Positions 7,954-16,345 of a stretch of 32,308 bases of DNA are shown here, piece by piece. The position numbers and the translations under genes were made by a program. The stretch spans positions 1 to 32,308 of the forward strand of contig JBMFPI010000002.1 of the NCBI GenBank assembly GCA_049969195.1, in the 5' to 3' direction. Every line of letters begins with the position of its first letter. The stretch's first letter is position 1. The notes beneath the pieces were generated by a model. The model was not told the origin of the DNA, searched no databases, and saw only the letters and a program-made list of their open reading frames with translations. The DNA comes from Armatimonadota bacterium. GTDB taxonomy: Bacteria; Armatimonadota; UBA5829.

Positions 7954-8931
7954 TCACATCCCGCCGCTCGCATCATTCCGAACGGCGTGGAGAATCTCCA
8001 GTATCTCCCCCGTGGAGCGGGTTGTCATCAGTCGGTTTCGCAGTGCTGCCGCCCCAGGGTGCCCTTTGATGTAGTGCACCAGATGGCCGCGCATTTCCTT
8101 CGCGGCGCGCTTTTCGCCGAGAAGCTCGCGCAGCAGCACCGCATGCTCCACAGCGGCATCGAGCCGCTCAACGATAGTGGGTTCGGGGAGTATCTCCCCG
8201 GCCACCAGATAGCGACTGATCCTGCGGAATATCCAGGGGTCGCCGAGTGCGGCGCGGCCTATCATGACCGCGTCGCAGCCGGTCGCCTCGAAGGCGCGAG
8301 CGGCATCCTGCGGCGTCGATATGTCGCCGTTCGCGATCACCGGTACTTCCACAGCCCGCTTCACTTCGGCTATCCCGTTCCAGTCAGCCGGGACTGAGTA
8401 TCCTTCGGCAGCAAACCGGCCGTGTACGGTGATCGCGTCAACACCGCAAGCCTCCGCAATCCGAGCAAGATCGACCGCCGTGACATTGCCGGGATCCCAT
8501 CCGAGTCGCATCTTCAAGGTTAGAGGAACAGACAGCGCCTCCCGGGCCGCGGCGAGAATCTCGCGGGCCAAACCCAGGTCCTTCATTAGAGCCGCGCCGG
8601 AACCGCTCTTGGCGACCTTCGGAACGGGGCAGCCCATGTTAACGTCCACGATGTCCGCCCCGGCTTCCTGAAGGGCCTTTGCGCCTATTGCCACGGTCTC
8701 CGGATCGCCTCCGAAAACCTGAGCCGCAACGGGCCGCTCGTCGTCGGTCCAATCGATCATCGAGGATGTGCCGGGGTTGCGGAACTTGATGGCGTAAGCG
8801 GAGAACATCTCCGTTGAGACCAACCCACATCCGCCAGCGCGCTTGCACATCACCCGAAACGCGTGGTTAGTCACGCCGGCCATCGGTGCCAGGACCAGTG
8901 GGGGGTCGATTCGTACGTCACCAATCCTCAC
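7954..8931 (-). CDS. dus: tRNA-dihydrouridine synthase (DusB-like)
   Basis: PLVLAPMAGVTNHAFRVMC, DIVDVNMGCPVPKV (catalytic Cys) and ITVHGR are typical Dus TIM-barrel motifs, followed by a helical C-terminal domain. GTG start. Confidence 0.95.
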   Translation of the reverse strand: MRIGDVRIDPPLVLAPMAGVTNHAFRVMCKRAGGCGLVSTEMFSAYAIKFRNPGTSSMIDWTDDERPVAAQVFGGDPETVAIGAKALQEAGADIVDVNMGCPVPKVAKSGSGAALMKDLGLAREILAAAREALSVPLTLKMRLGWDPGNVTAVDLARIAEACGVDAITVHGRFAAEGYSVPADWNGIAEVKRAVEVPVIANGDISTPQDAARAFEATGCDAVMIGRAALGDPWIFRRISRYLVAGEILPEPTIVERLDAAVEHAVLLRELLGEKRAAKEMRGHLVHYIKGHPGAAALRNRLMTTRSTGEILEILHAVRNDASGGM

Positions 8932-9004
8932 GGTTTAGTGCGCCGAGTGCTCCTTGAAAGGCCGGGGTAACTGCTTCTCCAGGACGACACACGATTAATC
9001 CGCC

Positions 9005-9775
9005 TCAGTGGTGCGCTCGTTCGTAGGCAAGCCTGATGCCTTCGAGAGTGAGCATGTCGTCACAGCATTCGATGGTTCGGCTGTGAGGCGCGATCACTTC
9101 CGCCAGCCCGCCGGTTGCAACAACCTTCGCCCCGCCGCCCATCTCGCTCTGGAACCGATCCACCAGCGCGTCGACCTGCCCTGCAGTGCCGAATATCACT
9201 CCGGACTGCAGGCTGGCAACCGTTGACGTCCCGATAGCCTTTTCCGGGGCGACAAGCTCAACGCCCGTCAGCCGCGCGGCCCTGGCGGTGAGCGCGTCAA
9301 GCGATGTCTGAACGCCCGGCGCTATAGCCCCGCCGAGGTAGTCGCCCGTCTCGGAGACCGCGTCCAGGGTGGTAGCGGTTCCGAAATCGACGACTATCAC
9401 CTTTCCGCCATATTTGACGTGTGCGGCAACCGCGTTCGCTATCCGGTCCGGCCCGACATCCGCCACCGGATGGTAGTGGACATGAACGCCGAAATCAACG
9501 TGACCCGAGAGCACGAAAGGCGAGGGCACCTTGAGATGCTTCTTTGCAAGGCGCACAAGCGGATCCACCGCCGCCGGCACAACGCTCGATATCGCAACCG
9601 CACTCAGCCCCGAACACTCGATAGCTCTCTCGGCACATAGCGGCTGCAGAATCGCTGCGTACTCATCCGCCGTGCGGCGCGGATCGGTCGAGATCCTCCA
9701 GTCACCCTTGATCTTGTCGCCCAGAAAGACCGCGAGGGCGGTCGTCGTGTTGCCTACGTCGATTACCAGGAGCAT
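9005..9775 (-). CDS. coaX: Type III pantothenate kinase
   Basis: MLLVIDVGNTTTALAVF (ASKHA phosphate-1 motif), VVDFGTATTLD and GGLAEVI. The 256-aa length is typical of CoaX. AAGGA SD. Confidence 0.95.
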   Translation of the reverse strand: MLLVIDVGNTTTALAVFLGDKIKGDWRISTDPRRTADEYAAILQPLCAERAIECSGLSAVAISSVVPAAVDPLVRLAKKHLKVPSPFVLSGHVDFGVHVHYHPVADVGPDRIANAVAAHVKYGGKVIVVDFGTATTLDAVSETGDYLGGAIAPGVQTSLDALTARAARLTGVELVAPEKAIGTSTVASLQSGVIFGTAGQVDALVDRFQSEMGGGAKVVATGGLAEVIAPHSRTIECCDDMLTLEGIRLAYERAHH

Positions 9776-9789
9776 AGCAGTCCTTGAGA

Positions 9790-9825
9790 CTGTTGCGATA
9801 GAACGCGCCTGTCGCGATAGCCCGG
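9790..9825 (+). repeat. Family A element lacking the central hairpin (outer arms only)
   Basis: CTGTTGCGATAGAACGCGCCTGTCGCGATAGCCCGG matches the left outer arm of copy 17389 joined directly to the right flank ...ACGCGCCTGTCGCGAGAGCC of copy 21853. Confidence 0.55.
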
Positions 9826-9838
9826 TCGTTTCCCCATA

Positions 9839-9867
9839 ATTATGGCGCGTTTGGGTCGCGGCGTCAA
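9839..9867 (-). promoter_or_regulatory. Sigma70-like promoter for coaX-dus operon
   Basis: Minus strand reads TTGACG (9867-9862, containing the TGA stop of the CAP gene), a 17-nt spacer, then CATAAT (9844-9839). The -10 lies inside the perfect 12-nt palindrome CCATAATTATGG (9834-9845). Confidence 0.5.
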
Positions 9868-10448
9868 TCGGTCTGCGCGAGGAACAGTTGGGTTAGGTAG
9901 AACTGGCCGTCAGGTGCCGTGAAACAGCCGACGCCGATCTCTCGGAACCGTTCGTTGAGAATATTTTCCCTGTGCTTGGGACTTGCCATCAGGCAGCGAT
10001 GACCGCGGTCGGGATCGACTATCGAGCAATAGAAGAGGTTCTCGCCCAGAAAGGCCCACGAGGGCGTATGGCCCAAACGAGCCAGGTAACGCTCCATCGG
10101 TGTTCTGAGGCCCGGCGTGGGCGAGAAGTGATCGAAGTAGCCTTTCTCCCACATCTCGCGGCTGTGTTCGCGAGCTACCTGCACAAGCAGCGGGTTTACC
10201 GATAACACGCAAAGACCCCTGGCCCTGCGTTCCCGGTTGACCAAGTCGATGGACCGCTGCTCTTGGTCCGTGCACAGTCGGCCCCTGGCCGAGAGGCTCG
10301 TGACGGCGCGTGGAGTGCTCTCAGGCATCGTGCTGCGGGCCGCGACTGCGGTCTTGCCCGACGCAAAGCCGCCCGACGCGGGCAGCGTGGACGCGGAGAA
10401 ATTGCTGCCGAGCAAGAGTGTAGCGAGATAGACGGACAGCTTTGCCAT
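9864..10448 (-). CDS. Secreted CAP/SCP (YkwD-like) domain protein
   Basis: LVNRERRARGL..L..N..L..VAREHSREMWEKGYFDHFSP...GENLF...LMASPKHRENIL is the CAP-domain pattern. MAKLSVYLATLLLGSNFSAS is a signal peptide from the ATG at 10448. The track start at 10508 is a TTG, and another ATG lies at 10463. Confidence 0.85.
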   Translation of the reverse strand: MAKLSVYLATLLLGSNFSASTLPASGGFASGKTAVAARSTMPESTPRAVTSLSARGRLCTDQEQRSIDLVNRERRARGLCVLSVNPLLVQVAREHSREMWEKGYFDHFSPTPGLRTPMERYLARLGHTPSWAFLGENLFYCSIVDPDRGHRCLMASPKHRENILNERFREIGVGCFTAPDGQFYLTQLFLAQTD

Positions 10449-10577
10449 GGATTGTGCACCCATGGAAATCGTGCCGCATCGCCCGTCGAGGTCCGATATA
10501 CGGACCAATCAGAAAAGCTAAAACCGGTAATTATGCGGGGATCTCTGCGGTTGGGAGAGGTCGCGGTTTCAGTTTGT

Positions 10578-10600
10578 TCTGATCGTTCAGGGCATGCCGC
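10578..10600 (+). repeat. Family E short repeat
   Basis: TCTGATCGTTCAGGGCATGCCGC versus TCTGATCGTTCGGGGCATGCTGC at 21652-21674. Confidence 0.5.
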
Positions 10601-10652
10601 TCCGTACGCAAGTCCCGCGCGCACGCCGCCCGCTGCTAGGAAAGCATGGTCT

Positions 10653-10676
10653 ATGCTTCGGGAACGGCTCTGGCAC
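10653..10676 (+). repeat. Family D short repeat
   Basis: ATGCTTCGGGAACGGCTCTGGCAC resembles 6745, 4760 and 13218. Confidence 0.4.
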
Positions 10677-10738
10677 GATCCCTAGTAGCGCACGGACGCC
10701 GACTTACCAGGGCAGCCGATTGCGCCCGTTGAAATCAA

Positions 10739-10808
10739 GTCATGCCGAAGTTGTCTCACCATCCACGCACCGAGGGGATGGATCCTGAATCGAATCCAGG
10801 ATGACGTG
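10739..10808 (-). repeat. Family B inverted-repeat element (reverse orientation)
   Basis: The reverse complement reads CCACGTCATCCTGGATTCGATTCAGGATCC...CCCCTCGGTGCGTGGATGGTGAGACAACTTCGGCATGAC, colinear with copies at 21466, 28864 and 29664. Confidence 0.7.
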
Positions 10809-10861
10809 GTCCCGGGGGTTTGCGTATGCAAGACTGAAGTGATACCCCTGCGCGCTTAGCA

Positions 10862-10890
10862 TTGACAGGAGCGCAAAGCCCCGGTATGAT
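10862..10890 (+). promoter_or_regulatory. Sigma70-like promoter for the polyprenyl synthase / PfkB kinase pair
   Basis: TTGACA (10862-10867), a 17-nt spacer, then TATGAT (10885-10890), 32 nt upstream of the ATG at 10923, which has a GGGAGG SD. Confidence 0.6.
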
Positions 10891-10922
10891 TCTCAATTGT
10901 ATGAAGACCCCTGGGAGGCGGA

Positions 10923-12005
10923 ATGTCCGTCGATCTGATCGCAGCACTTCGAGAGCGTGACAAGAAGGTTACGGAATACTTCCTGAACCCGCGGTATCGC
11001 GAGCGGTTCAGGCCGCAAAACCTCCGGGAAGCCGTATTTGCCTACCTTGAGAGGCCGGCAAAGCGCTTGCGGCCGGCCGTTATGATGTGGTCGTGCGGGG
11101 CTGTAGGGGGCGACGAGGAAGTTGTGATTCCGGCAGCGGCGGGAGTCGAGATGTTTCACACATGGACCCTTGTCCACGACGACCTGATCGACAACGACGA
11201 CCTCCGCCGCGGCGGGCCGACGGTTCACAAACTGGGAGAGACGTTTGCGTCCGAGAAACTGGGCTACGACGAATTCAAAAGCCGGGAGTACGGCCGGAAT
11301 CTGGCAGTGCTCACAGGCGACTCCCAGCACGGGTTCACCGTGAGCCTGTTCTGCGAGTGTGCCCGGTCCGGGAGGCTGGACCCGAGGGTTGTGCTCGATG
11401 TCATCCATTACCTCGAGACGCGCGTGGTCAACACCCTGATCGAGGGCGAGATACTCGACGTCCAGTATTCCCAAATGCCGGTCGAACAACTGACGCAAGA
11501 CGATATCGTGCGTATGTTGTGGATGAAGACCGGTGTGTTGTATGAGTTCGCGGCCGGAGCCGGGGCGATGCTGGGTTTGAACACGTCGGACCCAGAGCAT
11601 CCCTGGGTGGCCGCGCTGTCGCGGTTCGCGGGCCGGTGCGGAACCGCCTTCCAGCTCCAGGACGACATTTTGGGCCTCGTAGGTAAGCAGGAGCAGCTCG
11701 GCAAGCCGATCGGGTCGGACTTACGCGAGGGCAAGCGGACGACTATAGTGCTCTTCGCGTTCGAATCTGCAGACATCGCGCAAAAGAAATTCCTCGCATC
11801 GGTGCTGGGGAATAAACAGGTCTCTGCCGGTGAAATCGAAAAGGCCAGGCAGACAATGATTTCCCTTGGGGCGGTTGAGCGGACTGCAAAGCTGGCGATG
11901 GAGCACGTCAACGCGGCGCTGCCCGAGCTGGAGGCCCTGCCGGACTCTGAATACAAAGACCTGCTCGCCGCCTGGGCGCGCTACATAATAGATCGGCGGT
12001 TCTAA
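10923..12005 (+). CDS. Trans-polyprenyl diphosphate synthase (FPP/GGPP synthase family)
   Basis: First Asp-rich motif LVHDDLIDNDDLRRG and second Asp-rich motif FQLQDDILG, plus GKPIGSDLREGKRT. Chain-length specificity cannot be read from the sequence. Confidence 0.93.
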   Translation: MSVDLIAALRERDKKVTEYFLNPRYRERFRPQNLREAVFAYLERPAKRLRPAVMMWSCGAVGGDEEVVIPAAAGVEMFHTWTLVHDDLIDNDDLRRGGPTVHKLGETFASEKLGYDEFKSREYGRNLAVLTGDSQHGFTVSLFCECARSGRLDPRVVLDVIHYLETRVVNTLIEGEILDVQYSQMPVEQLTQDDIVRMLWMKTGVLYEFAAGAGAMLGLNTSDPEHPWVAALSRFAGRCGTAFQLQDDILGLVGKQEQLGKPIGSDLREGKRTTIVLFAFESADIAQKKFLASVLGNKQVSAGEIEKARQTMISLGAVERTAKLAMEHVNAALPELEALPDSEYKDLLAAWARYIIDRRF

Positions 12006-12033
12006 ATCGACCGCGCCGCGGAGAGGAAACTAC

Positions 12034-12951
12034 GTGCCGAAGAAACCCTGCATAGTCGGGCTGGGGATAGCCTGCATAGATTATTTGTTCGTTGCGCCGA
12101 CGGCCAAACCGGGCGGATTTGCGCCGATTCTGGACTACAAGGTGGAAGGAGGCGGGCTGACGGGCACCGCGCTCGTGGCCGCGTCCAGGCTCGGAGCACA
12201 GACCAGAATCCTTGGCCGGCTCGGGGACGACGACATCGGCGATCAGATAGTGCGGGGTCTGCAAGCCGAAGGGGTTGACACGGGTGCGCTGGTTCGAGTC
12301 CCAGGAGGCACAAGTTACTTCTCCATCATCCACGTTGACGCCGATACGGCCGAACGAACAATCTACGGCCGCCGGGAGACCGGAATCGACTGTCCCGCCG
12401 ATCTGATCCCACTCGACGTTTTGGACGAGGCCGATGCTCTTCTGCTGGACCACCACTGGCCGGAGGGTGCCCGTGCAGTCGCCGCCAGAGCCAGGGAGCG
12501 CGGCATACCGATTGTGCTCGACACGATCATCCGCCCTCACCTGGTTGACATCCTCGCGATGGCCGACTACCCCGTGATCCCGCGAAAGTCCGCCCTCAAC
12601 TTCGCTGAGACCCAGGAACTCTCGGCGGCGCTCCGGAAAATACGCTCACTCGGCCCGAAGGCCGCCGTGATCGCCTGCGGAGCGGAGGGCGCCTATTACC
12701 TGGACGATCACGAGGAGGGGCACGTACAGGCATTCCCGATCGAGCCGGTGGATACGACCGGGGCCGGGGACGTGTTCCACGGCGCTTTCGCGTTCGCGCT
12801 GGCTCTTGGTTGGGGACTGCGGGACGTTATCATTTTCGCATCCGCCGTCTCCGCGATCAAGTGCACTAAGGTCGGCGGGCGCGCGGGCATTCCGACGTTC
12901 GAGCAAACGATCGAGTTTCTGCGCGAACGAGGCGTATCGCTTCCTTCCTAA
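12034..12951 (+). CDS. PfkB-family carbohydrate kinase (ribokinase-like)
   Basis: N-terminal VGLGIACIDYL, and the C-terminal anion-hole/catalytic motif DTTGAGDVFHGAFAFAL. GTG start with GGAGAGGA SD, 28 nt after the upstream stop. Confidence 0.9.
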   Translation: MPKKPCIVGLGIACIDYLFVAPTAKPGGFAPILDYKVEGGGLTGTALVAASRLGAQTRILGRLGDDDIGDQIVRGLQAEGVDTGALVRVPGGTSYFSIIHVDADTAERTIYGRRETGIDCPADLIPLDVLDEADALLLDHHWPEGARAVAARARERGIPIVLDTIIRPHLVDILAMADYPVIPRKSALNFAETQELSAALRKIRSLGPKAAVIACGAEGAYYLDDHEEGHVQAFPIEPVDTTGAGDVFHGAFAFALALGWGLRDVIIFASAVSAIKCTKVGGRAGIPTFEQTIEFLRERGVSLPS

Positions 12952-13130
12952 GTCCGCCTGAGCCTCTCGCACCGCTTACTAACGCCCCATCGACCGGTTC
13001 AGCGCAGAGTGCCGAACGGGCGAGGCCGATTTTCGGGGGATGTCATCCTGCGCGTGACAAAGCATCCCTCACCCCTAGAAGTTCCCCGCTCTAGATGGGC
13101 CCGGTCCCACCCCGACCTATCCGGAATTAG

Positions 13131-13217
13131 AACCCCCTCTCCCTCGATGGAAGAGAGTTCGGGTGAGGGTGATTAACTCCCTCTCCCTCTGCGGGAGAGG
13201 GTTGGGGTGAGGGTGAG
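13131..13217 (+). repeat. Two tandem family C hairpin repeats
   Basis: AACCCCCTCTCCCTCGATGGAAGAGAGTTCGGGTGAGGGTGAT is directly followed by TAACTCCCTCTCCCTCTGCGGGAGAGGGTTGGGGTGAGGGTGAG. Confidence 0.75.
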
Positions 13218-13237
13218 ATGCTGCGGGAACTCAGCAC
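13218..13237 (+). repeat. Family D short repeat (truncated)
   Basis: ATGCTGCGGGAACTCAGCAC. Its first 13 nt are identical to the copy at 6745. Confidence 0.4.
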
Positions 13238-13250
13238 AGGGGTCGGTCGT

Positions 13251-13273
13251 GAATCAGGTTCAGGATGACGGGG
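13251..13273 (-). repeat. Family B half-element (one arm only)
   Basis: The reverse complement CCCCGTCATCCTGAACCTGATTC equals the left arm of copies at 21466 and 29664. The right arm is absent. Confidence 0.55.
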
Positions 13274-13325
13274 TCCGGGGCGTCTGCGTCCGCTAAACTG
13301 AACCGGTGCGGACGCGCCCTCGCGT

Positions 13326-13355
13326 TTGACAGTTTCTTTCTCCGGATGGTAGACT
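13326..13355 (+). promoter_or_regulatory. Sigma70-like promoter (extended -10) for icd
   Basis: TTGACA (13326-13331), an 18-nt spacer ending in TGG, then TAGACT (13350-13355), 33 nt upstream of the TTG start at 13389, which has a GGAGG SD. Confidence 0.5.
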
Positions 13356-13388
13356 CTCCTCGTGACAAGTTAAACGGAGGTAAGGCAT

Positions 13389-14531
13389 TTGGCGCATCGC
13401 ATTACGCTGATTCCCGGAGACGGCACAGGCCCGGAGATCACGGAGGCGACGAGGCGTGTGATCGAGGCGACGGGGGTCGACATAGATTGGGATGTCCAGC
13501 ACGCGGGAATAGACGTCATGGCTCGCTACGGCACGCCTCTTCCGGACGACGTGCTCGAAAGCATCCGAAAGAACAAGGTTGCACTCAAGGGCCCTATCAC
13601 AACGCCCATCGGGGGCGGGTTCAGGAGCGTAAACGTCGCACTGCGCAAGCTTCTCGACCTGTATGCGTGCATCAGGCCGTGCAAATACTACCCCGGCATC
13701 AGATCGAAGTACACGGACGTTGATCTGGTAGTCGTTCGCGAGAACACGGAGGATCTCTACGCCGGGGTTGAGTGGGATCTCGGCACGCCCGAGGCAAAAC
13801 GCATAATCGAGATGAGCGAGGGCAAGATCCGCGAGGATTCCGCCATCTCCATCAAGCCCATATCGTTTACGGGCACCAGAAGGATCGTCAAGCTGGCGTT
13901 CGACTATGCAATCGCTAACGGCCGGAAGACCGTGACTGCGGTATGCAAGGCGAACATAATGAAGTTCACTGACGGGCTTTTCTACCGCGTAGCCCGCCAG
14001 GTCGCAAAAGCATACGGCGCGCGGTTCGAGCCGGGGACTCCGGAGCCGGAGGATGCCGACAAAACTCTGGCCGCCGATTCTGGGCGCGGCTCGAACCTGA
14101 CGTATAACGAGCGCCTTGTTGACAATATGTGCATGCAGCTTGTCCAGAAGCCGGAGCTTTATGACGTGATCGTGCTCCCGAACCTTTACGGGGACATCCT
14201 TTCGGACTTGTGCGCGGGTCTGGTCGGTGGACTAGGCGTCGCGCCGGGGGCAAATGTCGGTGACCAGGCCGCGGTCTTCGAGCCGACCCACGGCAGCGCC
14301 CCCAAGTACAAAGGACAGAACAAGGTGAATCCGATCGCGATGATCCTGTCGGGAATGCTTATGCTGAGGCACATCGGCGAGGTAGACGCCGCGGATCGGC
14401 TGGAGGCCGCCGTGGCCGAAGTCATCTCTGAGGGTAAGTATGTCACCTACGACATGAAGCCCGACCGCGACGATCCGACAGCGGTCGGAACGAGCCAGGT
14501 CGCAGACGCGATAATTGAGAAACTGAAATGA
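13389..14531 (+). CDS. icd: Isocitrate dehydrogenase (isocitrate/isopropylmalate dehydrogenase superfamily)
   Basis: [47 protein letters not shown] and [44 protein letters not shown] closely parallel the E. coli Icd motifs, including the substrate Ser-x-N and clasp regions. [11 protein letters not shown] is also present. Confidence 0.92.
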   Translation: MAHRITLIPGDGTGPEITEATRRVIEATGVDIDWDVQHAGIDVMARYGTPLPDDVLESIRKNKVALKGPITTPIGGGFRSVNVALRKLLDLYACIRPCKYYPGIRSKYTDVDLVVVRENTEDLYAGVEWDLGTPEAKRIIEMSEGKIREDSAISIKPISFTGTRRIVKLAFDYAIANGRKTVTAVCKANIMKFTDGLFYRVARQVAKAYGARFEPGTPEPEDADKTLAADSGRGSNLTYNERLVDNMCMQLVQKPELYDVIVLPNLYGDILSDLCAGLVGGLGVAPGANVGDQAAVFEPTHGSAPKYKGQNKVNPIAMILSGMLMLRHIGEVDAADRLEAAVAEVISEGKYVTYDMKPDRDDPTAVGTSQVADAIIEKLK

Positions 14532-15238
14532 GCGTTCAACTTGCACCGGAAACCCAGCTCGCACCCCGAGCCCAACGACAGTCGCGGCGCAGGAGGATCG
14601 TCCAGTGGATGCTTGCGCCGATCACTATAATCGTGATCGCGCTCGGCTGGAAGTATCCGCTTCTGGGATTTGCCGTGCCCGCAGCCATGATTGCGGGCAT
14701 CATCGGCGGAACGATCAACGGCCGCTACGTGTGCGGCCACCTGTGCCCGAGAGGCGGCTTCTACGACCGCATCGTGCAGCCGATAAGCCCGGGGCGACCG
14801 ATCCCGCGGTTTCTGAAGTCGGCGGCCCTGCGATGGGCGGTAGTGGTCTTGCTTATGGGGTTTATGGTCTTCAGGATCATACAAAACCCCGGCGACATAT
14901 ACCATTGGGGCCGCGTCTTCTGGCTTATGTGTACGATAACAACGGGCATCGGCGTCGTCCTCGCCCTGGTTTGGCACCAGCGCACCTGGTGTGCGTTCTG
15001 CCCCATTGGTACCATCCAGAACGCCATCGGAGGGCGCAAGAACCTGCTCAGGATCGACGCGGACCGTTGCCGCGAGTGCGCCACGTGCGAGAAGGCGTGT
15101 CCGATGAATCTGCCGATTGTGAAGCACAAAGCAGAAGGCGTAGTTAGCGAACCGGACTGTCTTCGATGTCCGGAATGCATCAATGTCTGTCCCGCGGGTG
15201 CGCTGAGGTGGCCGGGAGAGCCTGACGAAAAAAGTTGA
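14528..15238 (+). CDS. NapH/MauN-like integral-membrane polyferredoxin (two CxxCP motifs plus two 4Fe-4S motifs)
   Basis: Hydrophobic segments alternate with CGHLCPRG and WCAFCPIG. The C-terminus carries [12 protein letters not shown] and [12 protein letters not shown]. The ATG at 14528 overlaps the icd TGA (ATGA). Confidence 0.88.
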   Translation: MSVQLAPETQLAPRAQRQSRRRRIVQWMLAPITIIVIALGWKYPLLGFAVPAAMIAGIIGGTINGRYVCGHLCPRGGFYDRIVQPISPGRPIPRFLKSAALRWAVVVLLMGFMVFRIIQNPGDIYHWGRVFWLMCTITTGIGVVLALVWHQRTWCAFCPIGTIQNAIGGRKNLLRIDADRCRECATCEKACPMNLPIVKHKAEGVVSEPDCLRCPECINVCPAGALRWPGEPDEKS

Positions 15239-15257
15239 CACCCGGAGAGGAGCAACA

Positions 15258-16286
15258 ATGATGCGAACCGGACTTGCCGCCGCGCTTGCCCTTCTGCTGG
15301 TCCTAAGCGCAGGCGCATTCGCTGCGCCGCCCAGGCACGACTTTCCTCCGGTCGGGGCCTACCAGGTGCTGTGCGGTGACTTCCACATGCACACGATCAA
15401 CTCGGACGGCAAGCTCACGACTCGCGAACGGGTAGAGGAGTCGTACGACCGCGGCTACGACGTGATCGCCATCACCGACCATGGGCGACCTCGGCCGTAT
15501 CGGATCGCGGCTTACATCGGTGAGCAGCTCGGGCTGGTGGTAATCCCGGGATTCGAGACCGGGGTTAAAGACAAAGAACACTACGTCTGCCTGGGCGTGC
15601 CGGCCTCGTTCAAGCCGCGCGATCCGCATCGGTGGGCCGAGCAGGCCGGCGACAAGACGGTTTTCTACCAGGACGAGATGAGCGCAATCGCGTCCGCGGG
15701 CGGCGTTCTTTTCCAGGCTCACCCGCCGAATGAGTGGCGCGAGCCGACCGACTGGGGCGTCAAGAACGGAATTGTGGTCGGCGTCGAGGTGCAGAACGGA
15801 TACGGCGGCCGCGATGAGAGCCCGAGGTCCTTCAACGGCATCACCTGCTATGCCCACGCGTTCGACTGGGCACTGCAGCACAACCTGACAGTTTTCGCCA
15901 ACACCGATGCCCACGGAGCGCGCAGGCAGGGGGAGCAGCCGGTGACCCTGGTGTTTGTCACGCGCCGGACCGCAGACGGCGTGATGGAAGCAATCCGGGC
16001 CCGGCGGACGGCGGCGTGGTTCAACGGCATGCTCTGGGGCCGGCAGGAACTCTTAAGCGATCTGGTTAACGCGGCGGTGAGAATAAAGCGAGCCGGCGAC
16101 ACAAAGCTATTGCTAGAGAACCGGTGCCCGATCACATTCAAGGCAACAATCGACGGGAAGGTCTTCGAGATTCCGGCGTATAAGCAGGTTAGCGTAGACT
16201 GGGGTGGCGGCGACCAGGCAAGGATCACCTGGACCAACGTCTGGACCAGCACAAAGTCCAACCTGGAAACTAGTGTCGGGCTGTGA
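15258..16286 (+). CDS. Exported PHP-domain (CehA/McbA-like) metallohydrolase, paralogue 1
   Basis: Signal peptide MMRTGLAAALALLLVLSAGAFA. GDFHMHTINSDGKLTTRERVEESYDRGYDVIAITDHG, FETG, QAHP and NTDAHG are PHP ligand motifs. GGAGAGGAG SD. Starts 19 nt after the ferredoxin gene. Confidence 0.9.
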   Translation: MMRTGLAAALALLLVLSAGAFAAPPRHDFPPVGAYQVLCGDFHMHTINSDGKLTTRERVEESYDRGYDVIAITDHGRPRPYRIAAYIGEQLGLVVIPGFETGVKDKEHYVCLGVPASFKPRDPHRWAEQAGDKTVFYQDEMSAIASAGGVLFQAHPPNEWREPTDWGVKNGIVVGVEVQNGYGGRDESPRSFNGITCYAHAFDWALQHNLTVFANTDAHGARRQGEQPVTLVFVTRRTADGVMEAIRARRTAAWFNGMLWGRQELLSDLVNAAVRIKRAGDTKLLLENRCPITFKATIDGKVFEIPAYKQVSVDWGGGDQARITWTNVWTSTKSNLETSVGL

Positions 16287-16345
16287 TGCAGCCCTGGTCC
16301 GCCGGTAGATCGACACCCCGCGGCACGCAGAGGGGGAAAAACCGC

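Noticed and set aside
12291-12301. GGTTCGAGTCC, a tRNA T-loop-like string
   Set aside because: It lies inside the well-supported PfkB kinase frame. The flanking sequence cannot form acceptor, D or anticodon arms. No tRNA is supported anywhere in the window.
13131-13273. Possible CRISPR array, given closely spaced repeats here and at 21428-21941
   Set aside because: The repeats belong to different families. They are not separated by uniform unique spacers, they are internally palindromic with variable length, and there are no cas genes. They are REP/MITE-like elements, not CRISPR.
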